Shown: one piece after another, positions 8,401 through 16,957 of the stretch
Numbering within the stretch: the stretch's first letter is position 1
Layout: every line of letters starts with the position of its first letter
The notes under the pieces: generated by a model
The model's input: the letters and a program-made list of their open reading frames with translations, nothing else
Databases searched by the model: none
What the model was told of the DNA's origin: nothing
DNA from: a virus
Lineage: Duplodnaviria; Caudoviricetes
DNA length: 30,561 nucleotides
Virus record (IMG/VR): IMGVR_UViG_3300026897_000028
Coordinates: 1-30,561 of that record
Reading direction: 5' to 3' (one strand)
Made by a program: the position numbers and the translations under genes

Positions 8401-10609
8401 CCTTCTTGGTGTTCAGGGTTTGCTGGTGAGCCGCCACCTGCTTGGGCCGATCTTCGGCCAGCTTATCGCCGTAGCCTTTATTGAACGCATCGCCAATCTG
8501 ACTAGCGACCGACCGAACCTTGCTCACCAGCTCATCGACGTGCAGGAACGAAGCGATGGCTGACCCAATGTTTTTGATCTTGGTAATGCCGGTATCAATC
8601 AGGCCCCAGAAGCTGGAAAGGGCTGAACGTACCGGCTCCAGGGCAGTGCTGATTCGATTTAGGCCATTGCCGATGAAGTTGACAAACGCCTGATGCAGAT
8701 CAGCGACAAAGCCGACGCCCTGTTTGATTATATCCCAAACAATACCTAACCCTCGGCCGAGTGTTTCGAGGGCCGGGCGTAGTGGCTCCAGCGCCCGTTG
8801 AAGCCAGGCCAGGCACTTATCGGTAAGGTCACTGACGATGGATACGCCAGTTTTCATCATTTCCCACAGGCCACTGATGATACCCCGAACGGTCGTGCTG
8901 TTGTTGTACAGGGCGGTGAAGCCAGCCACGAGCAGCGCCACGGCCGTTACGACCATAGCGATTGGGTTGGCCGTCATGGCCGTGTTCAGGAGCCACTGCG
9001 CGGCCGTGGCCGATTGGGTCCACACCAGGCGGGCTTTTTCTGCGGCCGCGTGGGCAATGCTGCTGGCCGTAGCAGCTATCAGACTACCATTGAAGCTGAT
9101 GACGGCAACGCCCAGAGCCGCGAAACTGGTCCGGTTTTCACTGATGAAATCCGGTATTTCGCGCAGGATATTGACGAACGTAATGATGCCCCGCGTCCCG
9201 GTGGTAATGGCCGGTAATAAGCCCTGCCCAATCTCCGTAGCAATCAGTGCCAGTGCCTTTTGCGATTTCTCGTATTCAGCGGCCGCCGTCGAGTTCATGG
9301 TCGTGAACTCCTTTTGCAAGCTGGTGCCGTCCTGAAAGGCGTTGTTGGCTAGTTCCTGCTTCTGCCGAACCAGGTCCGTCTGATCCTTGAGCAACGACAT
9401 GACTTTCGTTGATTCCTGCGATTTGATACCGAGGTCATCCAGGCGGGTAGCCAACTGATCGGCTGGTACGTTTTTCAGACTCTCAGCCAGGCGTAGGAGG
9501 AACTCGTTCGGATTGGTGTTGATGAAGTTCTTCATCTCCGCTTCCGACACGCCCAACTGCTGGGCAAAGGTGGCCGTATCCTTAGCGGCCGTCAGTAGGA
9601 TGTTCGAAAGGCCACCGGCGGATATTTCGGCCGACAAACCAAGCTCCTGAAAGGCCGCACCCAGGCCCATCGTCTGGGTGATCTGCGGGGACAGGTCGCC
9701 CAGTTGCCCCATTCTGGCGGTGAACTCAGCGATGACCGGTCCAGTGGCCGAACCGTCAGCACCCAGCTCATTGATGGCCGAACCAATGCGGTTAATGGCA
9801 TCGCCATAGGTCAACTCATCGGTTTGTGCGAATAGCTTTTTAAGGCCCCCCAGCTTATCAGCCGCTTCTTCGGCTCCCCCGCTGAACTCATCGCCCAGGG
9901 CAACCGTCGCCATATCGGTCGACTGGATGAAGCCCAGCAGTTGCTCATTGGCCACGCCCAATTGACCCCCGATCTGGGCAATGGTCATCAGGTCTTCTTT
10001 CTGCGTACGGGTGTCGATTTTGTCGAGTTCTTCCGACAGCGCTTTCACTTCGTCGGTACTCTGACCCGTGGCTTTGGCTACTCCGCCCATCATATCCGAC
10101 AAGGCGAGTGCTTTCTGGATGCCACCCTGAATGAAGCTGAACGCCTGCTGAAGCAGCTCCATAGCCCCAAAGGCCGCGAAGAAGACCATTACGCCGGCTT
10201 TGGCCTTATCCCACAGGCTGGGTTGCTTTTCGACTTCCTCGTTTACACCACGAACTGTCTGGCGATGGGTAGACAGAGCGGTGTTAACTTCAGTGATCTG
10301 CTGGGCTTTCTGAATGTAGGCCTCCGTGCCGGGTGTCAGGTCCTTGATTTCCCGGTTGAGCTGGCGATAGTAGCCCTCCAGTTGCCGGACAGTCATACCC
10401 GACACGCCCATCTCTTCGCGTACCAGCTTGATCTGGGCTTCAAGCTGTTTAATCTCGGCTTTGTTCTCGGCCCATTCCTTGGTACCCCGTTCAACTGACT
10501 TCTGAGCTTCCTTAACGTCCTGAAGTTTCTTCTCCAGTTCGCCAAGCTCATTAATCACGGGTTTACCGTCGTATTTGAGCGTAAAAAGCGCTTCTTCCTT
10601 TAGTTGCAT
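5456..10609 (-). CDS. Tape measure protein
   Basis: 1717 aa with a TP901-type core (IAQIGGQLG, SAINELG), a TANPIAMVV hydrophobic segment, long coiled coils and a MARGG...EMEGREPI C-terminal motif. Confidence 0.95.
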   Translation of the reverse strand: MQLKEEALFTLKYDGKPVINELGELEKKLQDVKEAQKSVERGTKEWAENKAEIKQLEAQIKLVREEMGVSGMTVRQLEGYYRQLNREIKDLTPGTEAYIQKAQQITEVNTALSTHRQTVRGVNEEVEKQPSLWDKAKAGVMVFFAAFGAMELLQQAFSFIQGGIQKALALSDMMGGVAKATGQSTDEVKALSEELDKIDTRTQKEDLMTIAQIGGQLGVANEQLLGFIQSTDMATVALGDEFSGGAEEAADKLGGLKKLFAQTDELTYGDAINRIGSAINELGADGSATGPVIAEFTARMGQLGDLSPQITQTMGLGAAFQELGLSAEISAGGLSNILLTAAKDTATFAQQLGVSEAEMKNFINTNPNEFLLRLAESLKNVPADQLATRLDDLGIKSQESTKVMSLLKDQTDLVRQKQELANNAFQDGTSLQKEFTTMNSTAAAEYEKSQKALALIATEIGQGLLPAITTGTRGIITFVNILREIPDFISENRTSFAALGVAVISFNGSLIAATASSIAHAAAEKARLVWTQSATAAQWLLNTAMTANPIAMVVTAVALLVAGFTALYNNSTTVRGIISGLWEMMKTGVSIVSDLTDKCLAWLQRALEPLRPALETLGRGLGIVWDIIKQGVGFVADLHQAFVNFIGNGLNRISTALEPVRSALSSFWGLIDTGITKIKNIGSAIASFLHVDELVSKVRSVASQIGDAFNKGYGDKLAEDRPKQVAAHQQTLNTKKAAEQKHANELTDIVTSSEQKALDKKAAQNEKHRQAEAKKAADAAKKEADEAARASAEGLKKVEQMRIAAIKDDQAREKANLQFKHNEELANIEKSKASQQVKAVWIKALNDQLQRDISKVDDDHRKKKEKDDAEAAKRTLDLKIKLAGDEKADKLQKLEDVAAAQRAQVQKDVNDETQKAQLLKQIHDNLTRDKERVDQEFRRKKQQEENALQDALYQATVADANARLQLAGNNAQAIYDAKKARLDAEYQYNKQKLEREAAEEKQKNQELIQDKDRRAQADKATDDRLKAQLKANDQQYENEKTQLTQERTEARRQNQQQYYQAIKALMDGDFTTFTDILNKKLLGEKKQLTESQQKQIDTIDAVGEYTVMAVQALQKLNQMKLDKELANIKKEKDSQLAAWKEKYDKGLIGKDEYEKGVDKINKEADAKIKAQQLQAFKRQQALDITMAIINGAQAALKSLATLGWPLGLIGVAAAAVTTGIQIALIKRQQPPAMARGGYVRNAGVPEGPNHGRNYGESGISLVRRDTGEEVGEMEGREPIMVLSQNTYRNNKQVVDSLLHSSLHRNGAPIMLHGGIFGSDGGSYGDYLPKKFKKGGMFQQGGWMDNINEEYEEGGYSDSSGGSGGSSGGGDTGSDVGSTDLGSADAINSVTNEEIQKSQALMEAIGKNTEATVLALDKLIYTVADIQRQMKYESDTQQSTTATQFTNLRSSISQGFTSLNLANAIHTLSLKTAITTGLTSLQGTMKMEFPSLGKELVDELTGLRLALALHFMSLKTSIGKDVSDLQESNKTSLTELQKTLHDDLLKLQNGQKTDLTNLQKGIHQDLDAFQKSVHRDMADWQDSSHDDLNDLENMLALALANLQKGVHTDLESMKLATSIQLLGLRTQTHTDFTDLTNAFNLALATLQKNTHKDLSTLQESNKTEMRTVQQILNATKAEQGYQSGLLNRIADKNLTVSVQNVINVNNQINVVAEKSDFR

Positions 10610-10634
10610 AGTGCTACTGGCAGTTTACCAGTAG

Positions 10635-10669
10635 CGAAAGAATGGCTTGGGTAGGGGAGTAGGTAGGAC
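10635..10669 (-). promoter_or_regulatory. GTCCTA-N21-TTCTTTCG putative phage late promoter
   Basis: Same motif and spacing recur at 20336-20370, 22644-22678 and 29898-29932. Confidence 0.6.
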
Positions 10670-10702
10670 AAAAAGAAAGCCCTATTCAATGAACGAAGGG
10701 CT
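10670..10702 (-). terminator. Minus-strand terminator-like hairpin upstream of the tape measure promoter
   Basis: AGCCCT...AGGGCT stem followed by TTCTTTTT on the minus strand. Confidence 0.5.
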
Positions 10703-10776
10703 ATAGGTTGGTAATACAAAAAATAAAACGAAGGCAATCCCTTGCAGATTTGCTGCAAAAGTATCACCTTCGCCTC

Positions 10777-10938
10777 GTGGAAAATGAATTACCACCTCGT
10801 AACGAAGATAGACGCTTCGAACGAGCAGTTGAGTTAGCGGTCAGACTGCTAAATGCTATGACGCACTTTGTTAAAGCTCTCGCAAAGCTTGTTGTTGCCC
10901 TGTTAGCGCTTGCAACACTAACGGGGGGGTGCCAATAG
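10777..10938 (+). CDS. Small protein with hydrophobic C-terminus, type I toxin candidate
   Basis: 53 aa from GTG 10777. CTTG-N20-CACCTTCG promoter-like element directly upstream and a terminator downstream. C-terminus ALAKLVVALLALATLTGGCQ. Confidence 0.5.
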   Translation: MENELPPRNEDRRFERAVELAVRLLNAMTHFVKALAKLVVALLALATLTGGCQ

Positions 10939-10948
10939 AAACCGCTAG

Positions 10949-10981
10949 AAAGCTCGGTGCAATTTGTGCCGGGCTTTTTTT
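10949..10981 (+). terminator. Intrinsic terminator of the small ORF
   Basis: AAAGCTCGGTGC / GTGCCGGGCTTT stem whose G-U pairs only work on the + strand RNA, ending in a T tract. Confidence 0.7.
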
Positions 10982-11004
10982 AGTTATTATTCATGACAAC
11001 AGCA

Positions 11005-11042
11005 CAAATGTAAAAGTTATTTCAATTTAATTGTCAAATATA
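11005..11042 (-). promoter_or_regulatory. Bacteroidota sigma-A-like promoter pointing antisense into the small ORF
   Basis: TACATTTG at 11012-11005 with TTTG 22 nt upstream; that TTTG is part of a second box TATATTTG at 11042-11035. Confidence 0.5.
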
Positions 11043-11187
11043 TTTTTCATATATATAAATCTTCGAGTTAAAAATCTGTAAATCAGCAATTTAATTTTAG
11101 ATAATTAATTTGGTATATAAAATTAAATAATAAATAATATCAAAAAGCATCATTTGAATTGTTAGGAAAAGACAAAGCAATTTATGT

Positions 11188-11742
11188 TTAATTCCCCAGT
11201 TGCTCCTTCAACGCCCTTAAAATAGGCTCCGGCAAGGCCTCCAGTATTTTATACCCCGTTTCGTAGATGAGCTTACCGCGGGTGGGATTGTAGAATGCAT
11301 TCTTACGACCGCCCTTAACACCCATTTTTATCCGATTGATAGCAACACCCCAGGCAATCCGATTAACGGCGCGGTTATCGGGGATGTTAACCCGGCGTTT
11401 GGCATCCTTCAGGTAGCCGGGTGTGTAGCTGAATTTCTCCAGCCCGACGTTGCGCACGAATTCTTCCATCATGTCGATGGGTGGCATCTTGCCGTACAGC
11501 AGTTGGCGCATATCCTTAAATCGTCCGTAACCGGCAAAACCAATGCTGAACTCGGCGTACAGATCACGGCCGACAATAACCGACTGATGATGGAGCGAGT
11601 TCAGCAGATCGCCCGTCAGTACGTAGCCGGCTGCCTGTAGTCTGCGCTGCATGGTCATCATGGCTTCGGCCACAATGATGCCCACGACATCGGTGGCCAC
11701 GCGCTCAAACTGTTCCTGCGTAAGATGTACAGTAGTGGCCAT
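11188..11742 (-). CDS. Putative tail completion / neck protein
   Basis: Basic 184-aa protein with the motif LTGDLLNSL, in the tail gene block. Confidence 0.6.
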   Translation of the reverse strand: MATTVHLTQEQFERVATDVVGIIVAEAMMTMQRRLQAAGYVLTGDLLNSLHHQSVIVGRDLYAEFSIGFAGYGRFKDMRQLLYGKMPPIDMMEEFVRNVGLEKFSYTPGYLKDAKRRVNIPDNRAVNRIAWGVAINRIKMGVKGGRKNAFYNPTRGKLIYETGYKILEALPEPILRALKEQLGN

Positions 11743-11745
11743 GTC

Positions 11746-13806
11746 TTACAGATCGATTAGTTGAACGTAGACTCTATCGCCCGATATGAGCGTGTGCAGG
11801 GGCTGATCAAAGGCGTTGGCCAGCATATAAGTCAACTCGTAGCCATCCGGATTCATGGTTATGATCGTGTCGCGTTTCACAACGCCATTGACCCATACTT
11901 TTAGCTGGACCTGTTTGCTGGGCGTACCGTAGACGAACATTAGCCAGGCTGTCATTAGCCCCCCTGTTCCAAAGTCCAGATCGTTGCTGTATTGCGGGTA
12001 GATGTACTGACCGCTCTGCCCCTGAACGTTCCAGGAATTGCCGGCTACCGGCTCCTGAGCGTAGTAGATGGTGCTGCGGCTGGCGTTGCCGGAACGGTAG
12101 TGCCAGGTGTTAGCCGGGCCATTGTACGCATACAGAGCGGGGTTAGCAAGACACGAGCCGTACAGGTTGGCATACTCCTGGGTATCCATTACCTTCAGTG
12201 CCTGGTCAATTCGGCTCTGTAGCTGCTCAGCGGTATCAGCGCCGTAGGTGCCAGCGGGAATGGTGAGCGTGGCCACGGTGCTTTCTTGATCGGCACCACA
12301 GTTGTTGCGCCGGAAGCTGCCAGGCTTCTGGATGAGTGCGTTGACAAACGGCGTGGTCTGACACTGAGCCGACGCGATGGGCGGGGTGTACCCCTCGGTA
12401 CCGGGAATGTTGGATTTGCTCCGGAGCGGTTTGACCAACGTGCCGTCATCCGCGTAGCGCAGTTCGAGCTTAGCCGCTCCCAGCATTCCCGTTCGCAGGC
12501 CATTGTCGTCGATGAGACAGAACGTATTGACCGGCACCCAGCGGGTAGCGCGGGCCGGGGTGGTTGGCGGCTGGGGCAGGCTGCTGTAGCCAACCTCGTT
12601 TTTAGCGTAACGGAACGTCAATGACCGCCCAGCCAGATTCTCTTCATCCTGACGCAACCCCAGCACGGTATCACCCGATGTGGATAGCGTCAGGGCCACA
12701 AAGCCTTCGCGGGTAACAACGTACAGTTCTTCGCTCAGCACTACTTCACTCAGGTAGTCCAGTTCGTCGCCGTCGCGCAGGCCGGTGGCCACCGTCAGGG
12801 TTTTTTCAGCGTAGCGGTTCAACCGGAGCAGCTCAGCCGTGCTGGGGAGATAGGAGGGGTCGAGCGACCGTTGCACATCCGTGCCTTTGATGGTCAGGCT
12901 ACGATCACTCTGGCCCGTACAGCGCAACGTATCATACCCACCCAGCGAGTTGGCAAACAGCAGGTATAGTACGTTGTGCTCAAAGTCCCGGTTGACGTAG
13001 TAGGTTCTGACTTCGCTCAATCGCTGGTTGGCCTCGTTGGACAGCCAGAACTTGTACGAATGAACCACTTTGCCATACTGCTGCTCGATGGCCGACAGGC
13101 CCAGGGCATTGAAGCCAACCGGAATGCTGTAAACGACGTATTGACTAACGGTTGTCATGCGCTGAGCCGTGTAGCGGTTAAGGGTGCCATCGGTATAAGC
13201 GAGCTCCACCCGTAAACGCAGTTCCGTAGGTTTAGGCGTGAAGTTGACCAGGTAGTACAGAAACTCGGGCTGAGCCACGTCGACCCACTTTTCTGCGGGT
13301 TGCCAGGTCAGGAATTGACGCGACTGGCTAAGGTAGGTTGTAAAGAAAGCGTCGCGCCAACCCGCAAACTGCTCAATACTCAGGGCTCCTTTAAACGCGT
13401 ACTCCAGTGGCAGGGTCTTCTCGCTGCCGGGAACCAGTACCCCGTTGTTTTCGACGCGGATCTGGGTCAGGTAGGGCGTGATCATGTCGCCACAGGTGAC
13501 GATGCCGGTTTGATTGGGCTGGGGCGGGGTACGTTTTAGAAAATCGTCAAGAAAGACACTGACATCAAACTGCGCACCGGGAAAGATGTCGGCTCCAAGC
13601 TCCTGGCGTTTGGGTAACTCACGACCAGGGAGGGTAATTAGTTCATTGTATTCACCGGAGCCGTAGGCCTTCGGTTTCTTCAAACACAGCAGGTACGACA
13701 GGTTGGTGCGGTCAGCGATGCTATCCGAAACGGCATCAATGGTGTAGGCCATCGGGTTGCGCGTCAGACGAAGGGGTAAAAAGCTAAGTGGAGCTAATTC
13801 GTCCAT
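11746..13806 (-). CDS. Minor tail / structural protein with DUF5977-like domain
   Basis: LLFANSLGGYDTL motif typical of Bacteroidota phage tail proteins; GSFRRNNC...LTIPAGTYG...QEYANLYGSC resembles DUF5977; beta-rich C-terminus. Confidence 0.7.
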   Translation of the reverse strand: MDELAPLSFLPLRLTRNPMAYTIDAVSDSIADRTNLSYLLCLKKPKAYGSGEYNELITLPGRELPKRQELGADIFPGAQFDVSVFLDDFLKRTPPQPNQTGIVTCGDMITPYLTQIRVENNGVLVPGSEKTLPLEYAFKGALSIEQFAGWRDAFFTTYLSQSRQFLTWQPAEKWVDVAQPEFLYYLVNFTPKPTELRLRVELAYTDGTLNRYTAQRMTTVSQYVVYSIPVGFNALGLSAIEQQYGKVVHSYKFWLSNEANQRLSEVRTYYVNRDFEHNVLYLLFANSLGGYDTLRCTGQSDRSLTIKGTDVQRSLDPSYLPSTAELLRLNRYAEKTLTVATGLRDGDELDYLSEVVLSEELYVVTREGFVALTLSTSGDTVLGLRQDEENLAGRSLTFRYAKNEVGYSSLPQPPTTPARATRWVPVNTFCLIDDNGLRTGMLGAAKLELRYADDGTLVKPLRSKSNIPGTEGYTPPIASAQCQTTPFVNALIQKPGSFRRNNCGADQESTVATLTIPAGTYGADTAEQLQSRIDQALKVMDTQEYANLYGSCLANPALYAYNGPANTWHYRSGNASRSTIYYAQEPVAGNSWNVQGQSGQYIYPQYSNDLDFGTGGLMTAWLMFVYGTPSKQVQLKVWVNGVVKRDTIITMNPDGYELTYMLANAFDQPLHTLISGDRVYVQLIDL

Positions 13807-14306
13807 TACGAATACAGTAAATGATTAGCGGGAATGGTTACGTCAATATCAATGTAGTGGCCTTCGAGGTTGACGTTAGCCAGCAGGCCAATAGGGAAAA
13901 TGCGTTCGGAAGGCGAGATGCTGAATTCATAGCTCTGCCCCATCTCTTCAATTTCTTCCTGACTCTCTTCAACCTTAATCTCAATCTGCCCTAGAATGGC
14001 CAACAGCAGCTTCATAGTGCGATCGCGCGTGAATAGGCCGGCCTGGGGGCTGGTGTCGGCCGGTTGCTCGGCCACTGTCAGGGAGCAGTAAAACGTCAGG
14101 CTCTCAACCCCCGCGCCGTTGGCCTTCCGGATGGATTCAGCTACCTGAAAAAATGCGGTTGTGCCGGCATAGTCGTTGGTGTAGTAGGCACTGATCTCAT
14201 CAATGGCCTTTTCGCCGTTGGAGAGCGGCAGGAATAGGGCGATGCCTTCGGTCGCTTCGGCAAGGCTTCTGAAAAATTCGGTAAGGCTAATCAGGTCGGT
14301 GATCAT
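13806..14306 (-). CDS. Hypothetical structural protein (tail terminator-like)
   Basis: Acidic 166-aa ORF overlapping both neighbours. Function inferred from position only. Confidence 0.55.
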   Translation of the reverse strand: MITDLISLTEFFRSLAEATEGIALFLPLSNGEKAIDEISAYYTNDYAGTTAFFQVAESIRKANGAGVESLTFYCSLTVAEQPADTSPQAGLFTRDRTMKLLLAILGQIEIKVEESQEEIEEMGQSYEFSISPSERIFPIGLLANVNLEGHYIDIDVTIPANHLLYS

Positions 14307-15130
14307 AGAAGTTGTTGGTTTTGGTCCTGTGCCTCCTGATTGTCGAGCAGATCATCGAGCATCGAGGCAAACAACAGGTGAGCGGGCGTTTGGCATACCT
14401 TATCAAAATCACCGAAATGGCCTTCCTTAGCTACGTTCTTTAGCAGCATGACCCAGCCACGGCCATCGCCATAGCGCGGCTCACGACTCCCACCAAATAA
14501 CTCACCATACTCGGCCAGAAACTCGTTGTTCATACGCTCGAAGTAGTCAAGAATGACCAACTTCGTGGATAGGTCCAGATCGGCCAGTGCTTTTGCCCGT
14601 TCGATCATGCGCTGTTCGCTGAAGGCTTCGCGCACGTCGCCGTTCCACTCCTTCGACCGCTGGAACCTACGCCAGTCGTCCCGACGTGGCCGGCAGAGCG
14701 TGGCCACCAGCTGGTCGATGCCGTCTGGATCAGGATCTTCCGGATTGGCAAATGCCAGGTAAGCCATGTTGGCTGCTGATAACTCAAGGGCAGTCGTATC
14801 GGCGTACTGATCAGCGGGCAGGTGGTAATTGATGCCCTTGTGGGCAAACGTATCGATGGGCGGTTTGCCGGTGGGCGTGGTTTTAAACAACCAGGCGAAT
14901 TGCTGACGTAACAGGCCCCATTGCCAGTGAGCGAGTTGCAACTTCGCCCACACGTTAGGGCTCATGCCGAGCCATACCCGACAGGCAGCCGCTTCGTTAT
15001 CGAGCGTTTCGTAAGACCCATTGGCCTGTATGCGTGGGCACATAATCAGTTGCCGATACTGCTCAGGTGTCAGCTCGCTCCAGGTCTCGGCTACCTGGTA
15101 TTTCTTGGTGCCAAACTCAATGGTTTTCAT
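14303..15130 (-). CDS. Hypothetical phage protein (tail assembly chaperone-like)
   Basis: ETWSELTPEQY N-terminus and LVATLCRP motif; coupled within the structural operon. Confidence 0.55.
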   Translation of the reverse strand: MKTIEFGTKKYQVAETWSELTPEQYRQLIMCPRIQANGSYETLDNEAAACRVWLGMSPNVWAKLQLAHWQWGLLRQQFAWLFKTTPTGKPPIDTFAHKGINYHLPADQYADTTALELSAANMAYLAFANPEDPDPDGIDQLVATLCRPRRDDWRRFQRSKEWNGDVREAFSEQRMIERAKALADLDLSTKLVILDYFERMNNEFLAEYGELFGGSREPRYGDGRGWVMLLKNVAKEGHFGDFDKVCQTPAHLLFASMLDDLLDNQEAQDQNQQLL

Positions 15131-15132
15131 GA

Positions 15133-15336
15133 TTACGGGGTTTTCGGACCGCCGAAGCGGTCAAGTCCTACCTCTTTCCGCATCTCTTCGCGGTTCTCCA
15201 GCCGGTACACACGACGGTCCACGTCGTCGATCTTCTTCAGGCGGTCCTGAATGTACTGCCAGAAGAAAGCGGCCAGGCCGAAACTGACGACCTGGCCGGC
15301 TAGGGTGGCGATAATGTTGGTGAGCGTCTGCGACAT
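15133..15336 (-). CDS. Small single-TM protein, holin-like
   Basis: 67 aa with one hydrophobic helix and a charged tail (IDDVDRRVYRLE), next to lysis enzymes. Confidence 0.55.
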   Translation of the reverse strand: MSQTLTNIIATLAGQVVSFGLAAFFWQYIQDRLKKIDDVDRRVYRLENREEMRKEVGLDRFGGPKTP

Positions 15337-16385
15337 TAAGCCAGTTCTTTAATCCTAGTCAATTCACGGAAGGCCAAACTTAGCTTGTCACGATAGCCAG
15401 GGTTAGGACAGAACCGCCGGTAGATATGAGCCAGGTAAGCGGCTCGGCTCCGTAGGTCGTATTTGGTAATTACCTGTAACTCGTAAGCGCCGTAGTCCTG
15501 AAGCGATGCCTGCTGGCTGACATAGATGCAGTAGCCATTTTTCAGGCCTGTGTAATTCCGGCGCGAATTAGCCTTGAACGCAAACAGGTTGTTTTGCTTC
15601 ATAATGCCGGTGTGGGAAGACCAGTAGCCGGTTTCGACGGCAGAAATCGCAAAGGCTACATCGGGGTATCTGTACCCTTGGCCACGGATCAGTCGCCAGA
15701 AGGTCAGATTAGTTTGAACCTGACGGCTACGTACAACACGACGGCTCCCCGCATCAGCCAGTTCTCCAACCTGGCTCCGCGCAATTTCTTCCGGTAGCGT
15801 TCGGCCTGGGCCTGCGCTGTCTGGCCGGCGTTCTGGGCCTGTTGCTGCCGTTCGTTGAGTTGCTGGATCGTCTGCCCCTGCGTCGAAATGGCCTTCCGTT
15901 GCTGCGCCAACAACGTATCCTGAGAGGCTACCACGCCCTGAAGCATCAGCAGATCGGCCCGGTCTTTCAGAGCCTGACGTGCGCCCGCTTCGCTCATCCG
16001 GATTGGTTTTGGGTCCAGGGGGTGCACTACCCGTCGAACCGGCTGAGCCGTTCGGCTGCTGTCGTCCTGCACGATTGTTGAACTGGCGGTCGATTTCTCG
16101 CTGAAGAGCATCACCAGACAGGCTATCAATGTGGCGATGCCGAGCCTGACGCTTCTTATTAAGTTGTTGTAAGCGGTCTTCATGGTTTCGTTGCTGGGCA
16201 TTCAGCTTATAATTAAGCTCTCCCTGCTGATAGAGGTGTTTGTAGTAGGTGGTCGAATCCAGCGCCCAGACTTTAGGCCGTTGATGCCTGTCCCAGATGA
16301 GCTTCATGTTTAGGGCAAGCATCAGTACCTGGGCAAAAATGGCGATAGCCAAAAGCCAGGCAGGAATTTGTAAGCGTTTGTGCAT
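15336..16385 (-). CDS. Membrane-anchored coiled-coil protein fused to a glucosaminidase (GH73/FlgJ-like) domain
   Basis: N-terminal TM plus coiled coil, low-complexity middle, C-terminal AISAVETG...NNLFAFK lysozyme-fold motif. Confidence 0.7.
   Translation of the reverse strand: MHKRLQIPAWLLAIAIFAQVLMLALNMKLIWDRHQRPKVWALDSTTYYKHLYQQGELNYKLNAQQRNHEDRLQQLNKKRQARHRHIDSLSGDALQREIDRQFNNRAGRQQPNGSAGSTGSAPPGPKTNPDERSGRTSGSERPGRSADASGRGSLSGYVVGAATEGHFDAGADDPATQRTAATGPERRPDSAGPGRTLPEEIARSQVGELADAGSRRVVRSRQVQTNLTFWRLIRGQGYRYPDVAFAISAVETGYWSSHTGIMKQNNLFAFKANSRRNYTGLKNGYCIYVSQQASLQDYGAYELQVITKYDLRSRAAYLAHIYRRFCPNPGYRDKLSLAFRELTRIKELA
15704..16183 (-). CDS. Nested coiled-coil membrane protein, spanin-like
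   Basis: Lies wholly inside 15336-16385 in another frame. Signal-like N-terminus, Gln-rich coiled coil and hydrophobic C-terminus. Confidence 0.7.
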   Translation of the reverse strand: MKTAYNNLIRSVRLGIATLIACLVMLFSEKSTASSTIVQDDSSRTAQPVRRVVHPLDPKPIRMSEAGARQALKDRADLLMLQGVVASQDTLLAQQRKAISTQGQTIQQLNERQQQAQNAGQTAQAQAERYRKKLRGARLENWLMRGAVVLYVAVRFKLI

Positions 16386-16957
16386 TACGACTCGGGGATA
16401 AACCGCACGACGTGGCGAACGATGTTTTTGGGGCGCGGGATGTTGGCATACACACCATGCTGGCTATTGCCGGCCGTGGTGTTGCCTCCAGTCGCGTAAA
16501 AAATGCGGATTCGCGGGTCGAGCGGCCAGTTATTGACAAACTCGATATGACTCCAGGTCGTGTAGGTGACTACATCGCCCGGTTGAACAGGCTGGCCAGC
16601 CGGCAGGCGTAACTTCTTCATGGCATTGTAGGAAGAAACCGACGCCAGGTTGCTGCCCTTCGGGGTAGGTACACCACAGGTTTTGAGTACCCAGCCCACA
16701 AAGGCGGCACACCAGGGTTTGGCTGTGGCTGCTATTCGCTCCGGAAAGCGCCAGCCAATGGCCCGGAAATACACGTCGATCTGCGAATGATCGTTGCGAT
16801 TGGTCCGTTCCTTAACGTGGGTCTGGCTCATGGCCGTTTCTAACAAACACACCCGCTTTTTATGCAGCGAGTCTATGCGTACAGTGCCTGGTAGAAGCTG
16901 GCAAAAAGCTGCATGAACGTGTAGAACAAGCCCAATAAGGAGAGCAAGACAGCCCAT
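16385..16957 (-). CDS. CHAP / NlpC-P60-like peptidoglycan peptidase with signal peptide
   Basis: KPWCAAFVGW (Cys), PGDVV, HIEFV (His), GGNT. Start at 16957 (MGCLALLIGLVL) preferred; 17017 is possible. Confidence 0.85.
   Translation of the reverse strand: MGCLALLIGLVLHVHAAFCQLLPGTVRIDSLHKKRVCLLETAMSQTHVKERTNRNDHSQIDVYFRAIGWRFPERIAATAKPWCAAFVGWVLKTCGVPTPKGSNLASVSSYNAMKKLRLPAGQPVQPGDVVTYTTWSHIEFVNNWPLDPRIRIFYATGGNTTAGNSQHGVYANIPRPKNIVRHVVRFIPES

Noticed and set aside
7526-8563. 345-aa plus-strand ORF and other antisense ORFs within the tape measure gene
   Set aside because: The Leu/Phe-rich composition is the expected shadow of Lys/Glu/Gln codons on the coding strand; no motifs.
10708-10776. 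TTG start for the small plus-strand ORF
   Set aside because: Lies upstream of the promoter-like element; GTG 10777 fits better.
11141-11173. GTCTTT...TTTTG resembling the late promoter motif
   Set aside because: Two mismatches to GTCCTA and a spacing 2 nt short.
10609-15130. Programmed tail-chaperone frameshift upstream of the tape measure gene
   Set aside because: No G/GT-like overlapping ORF pair or convincing slippery site next to the tape measure gene.
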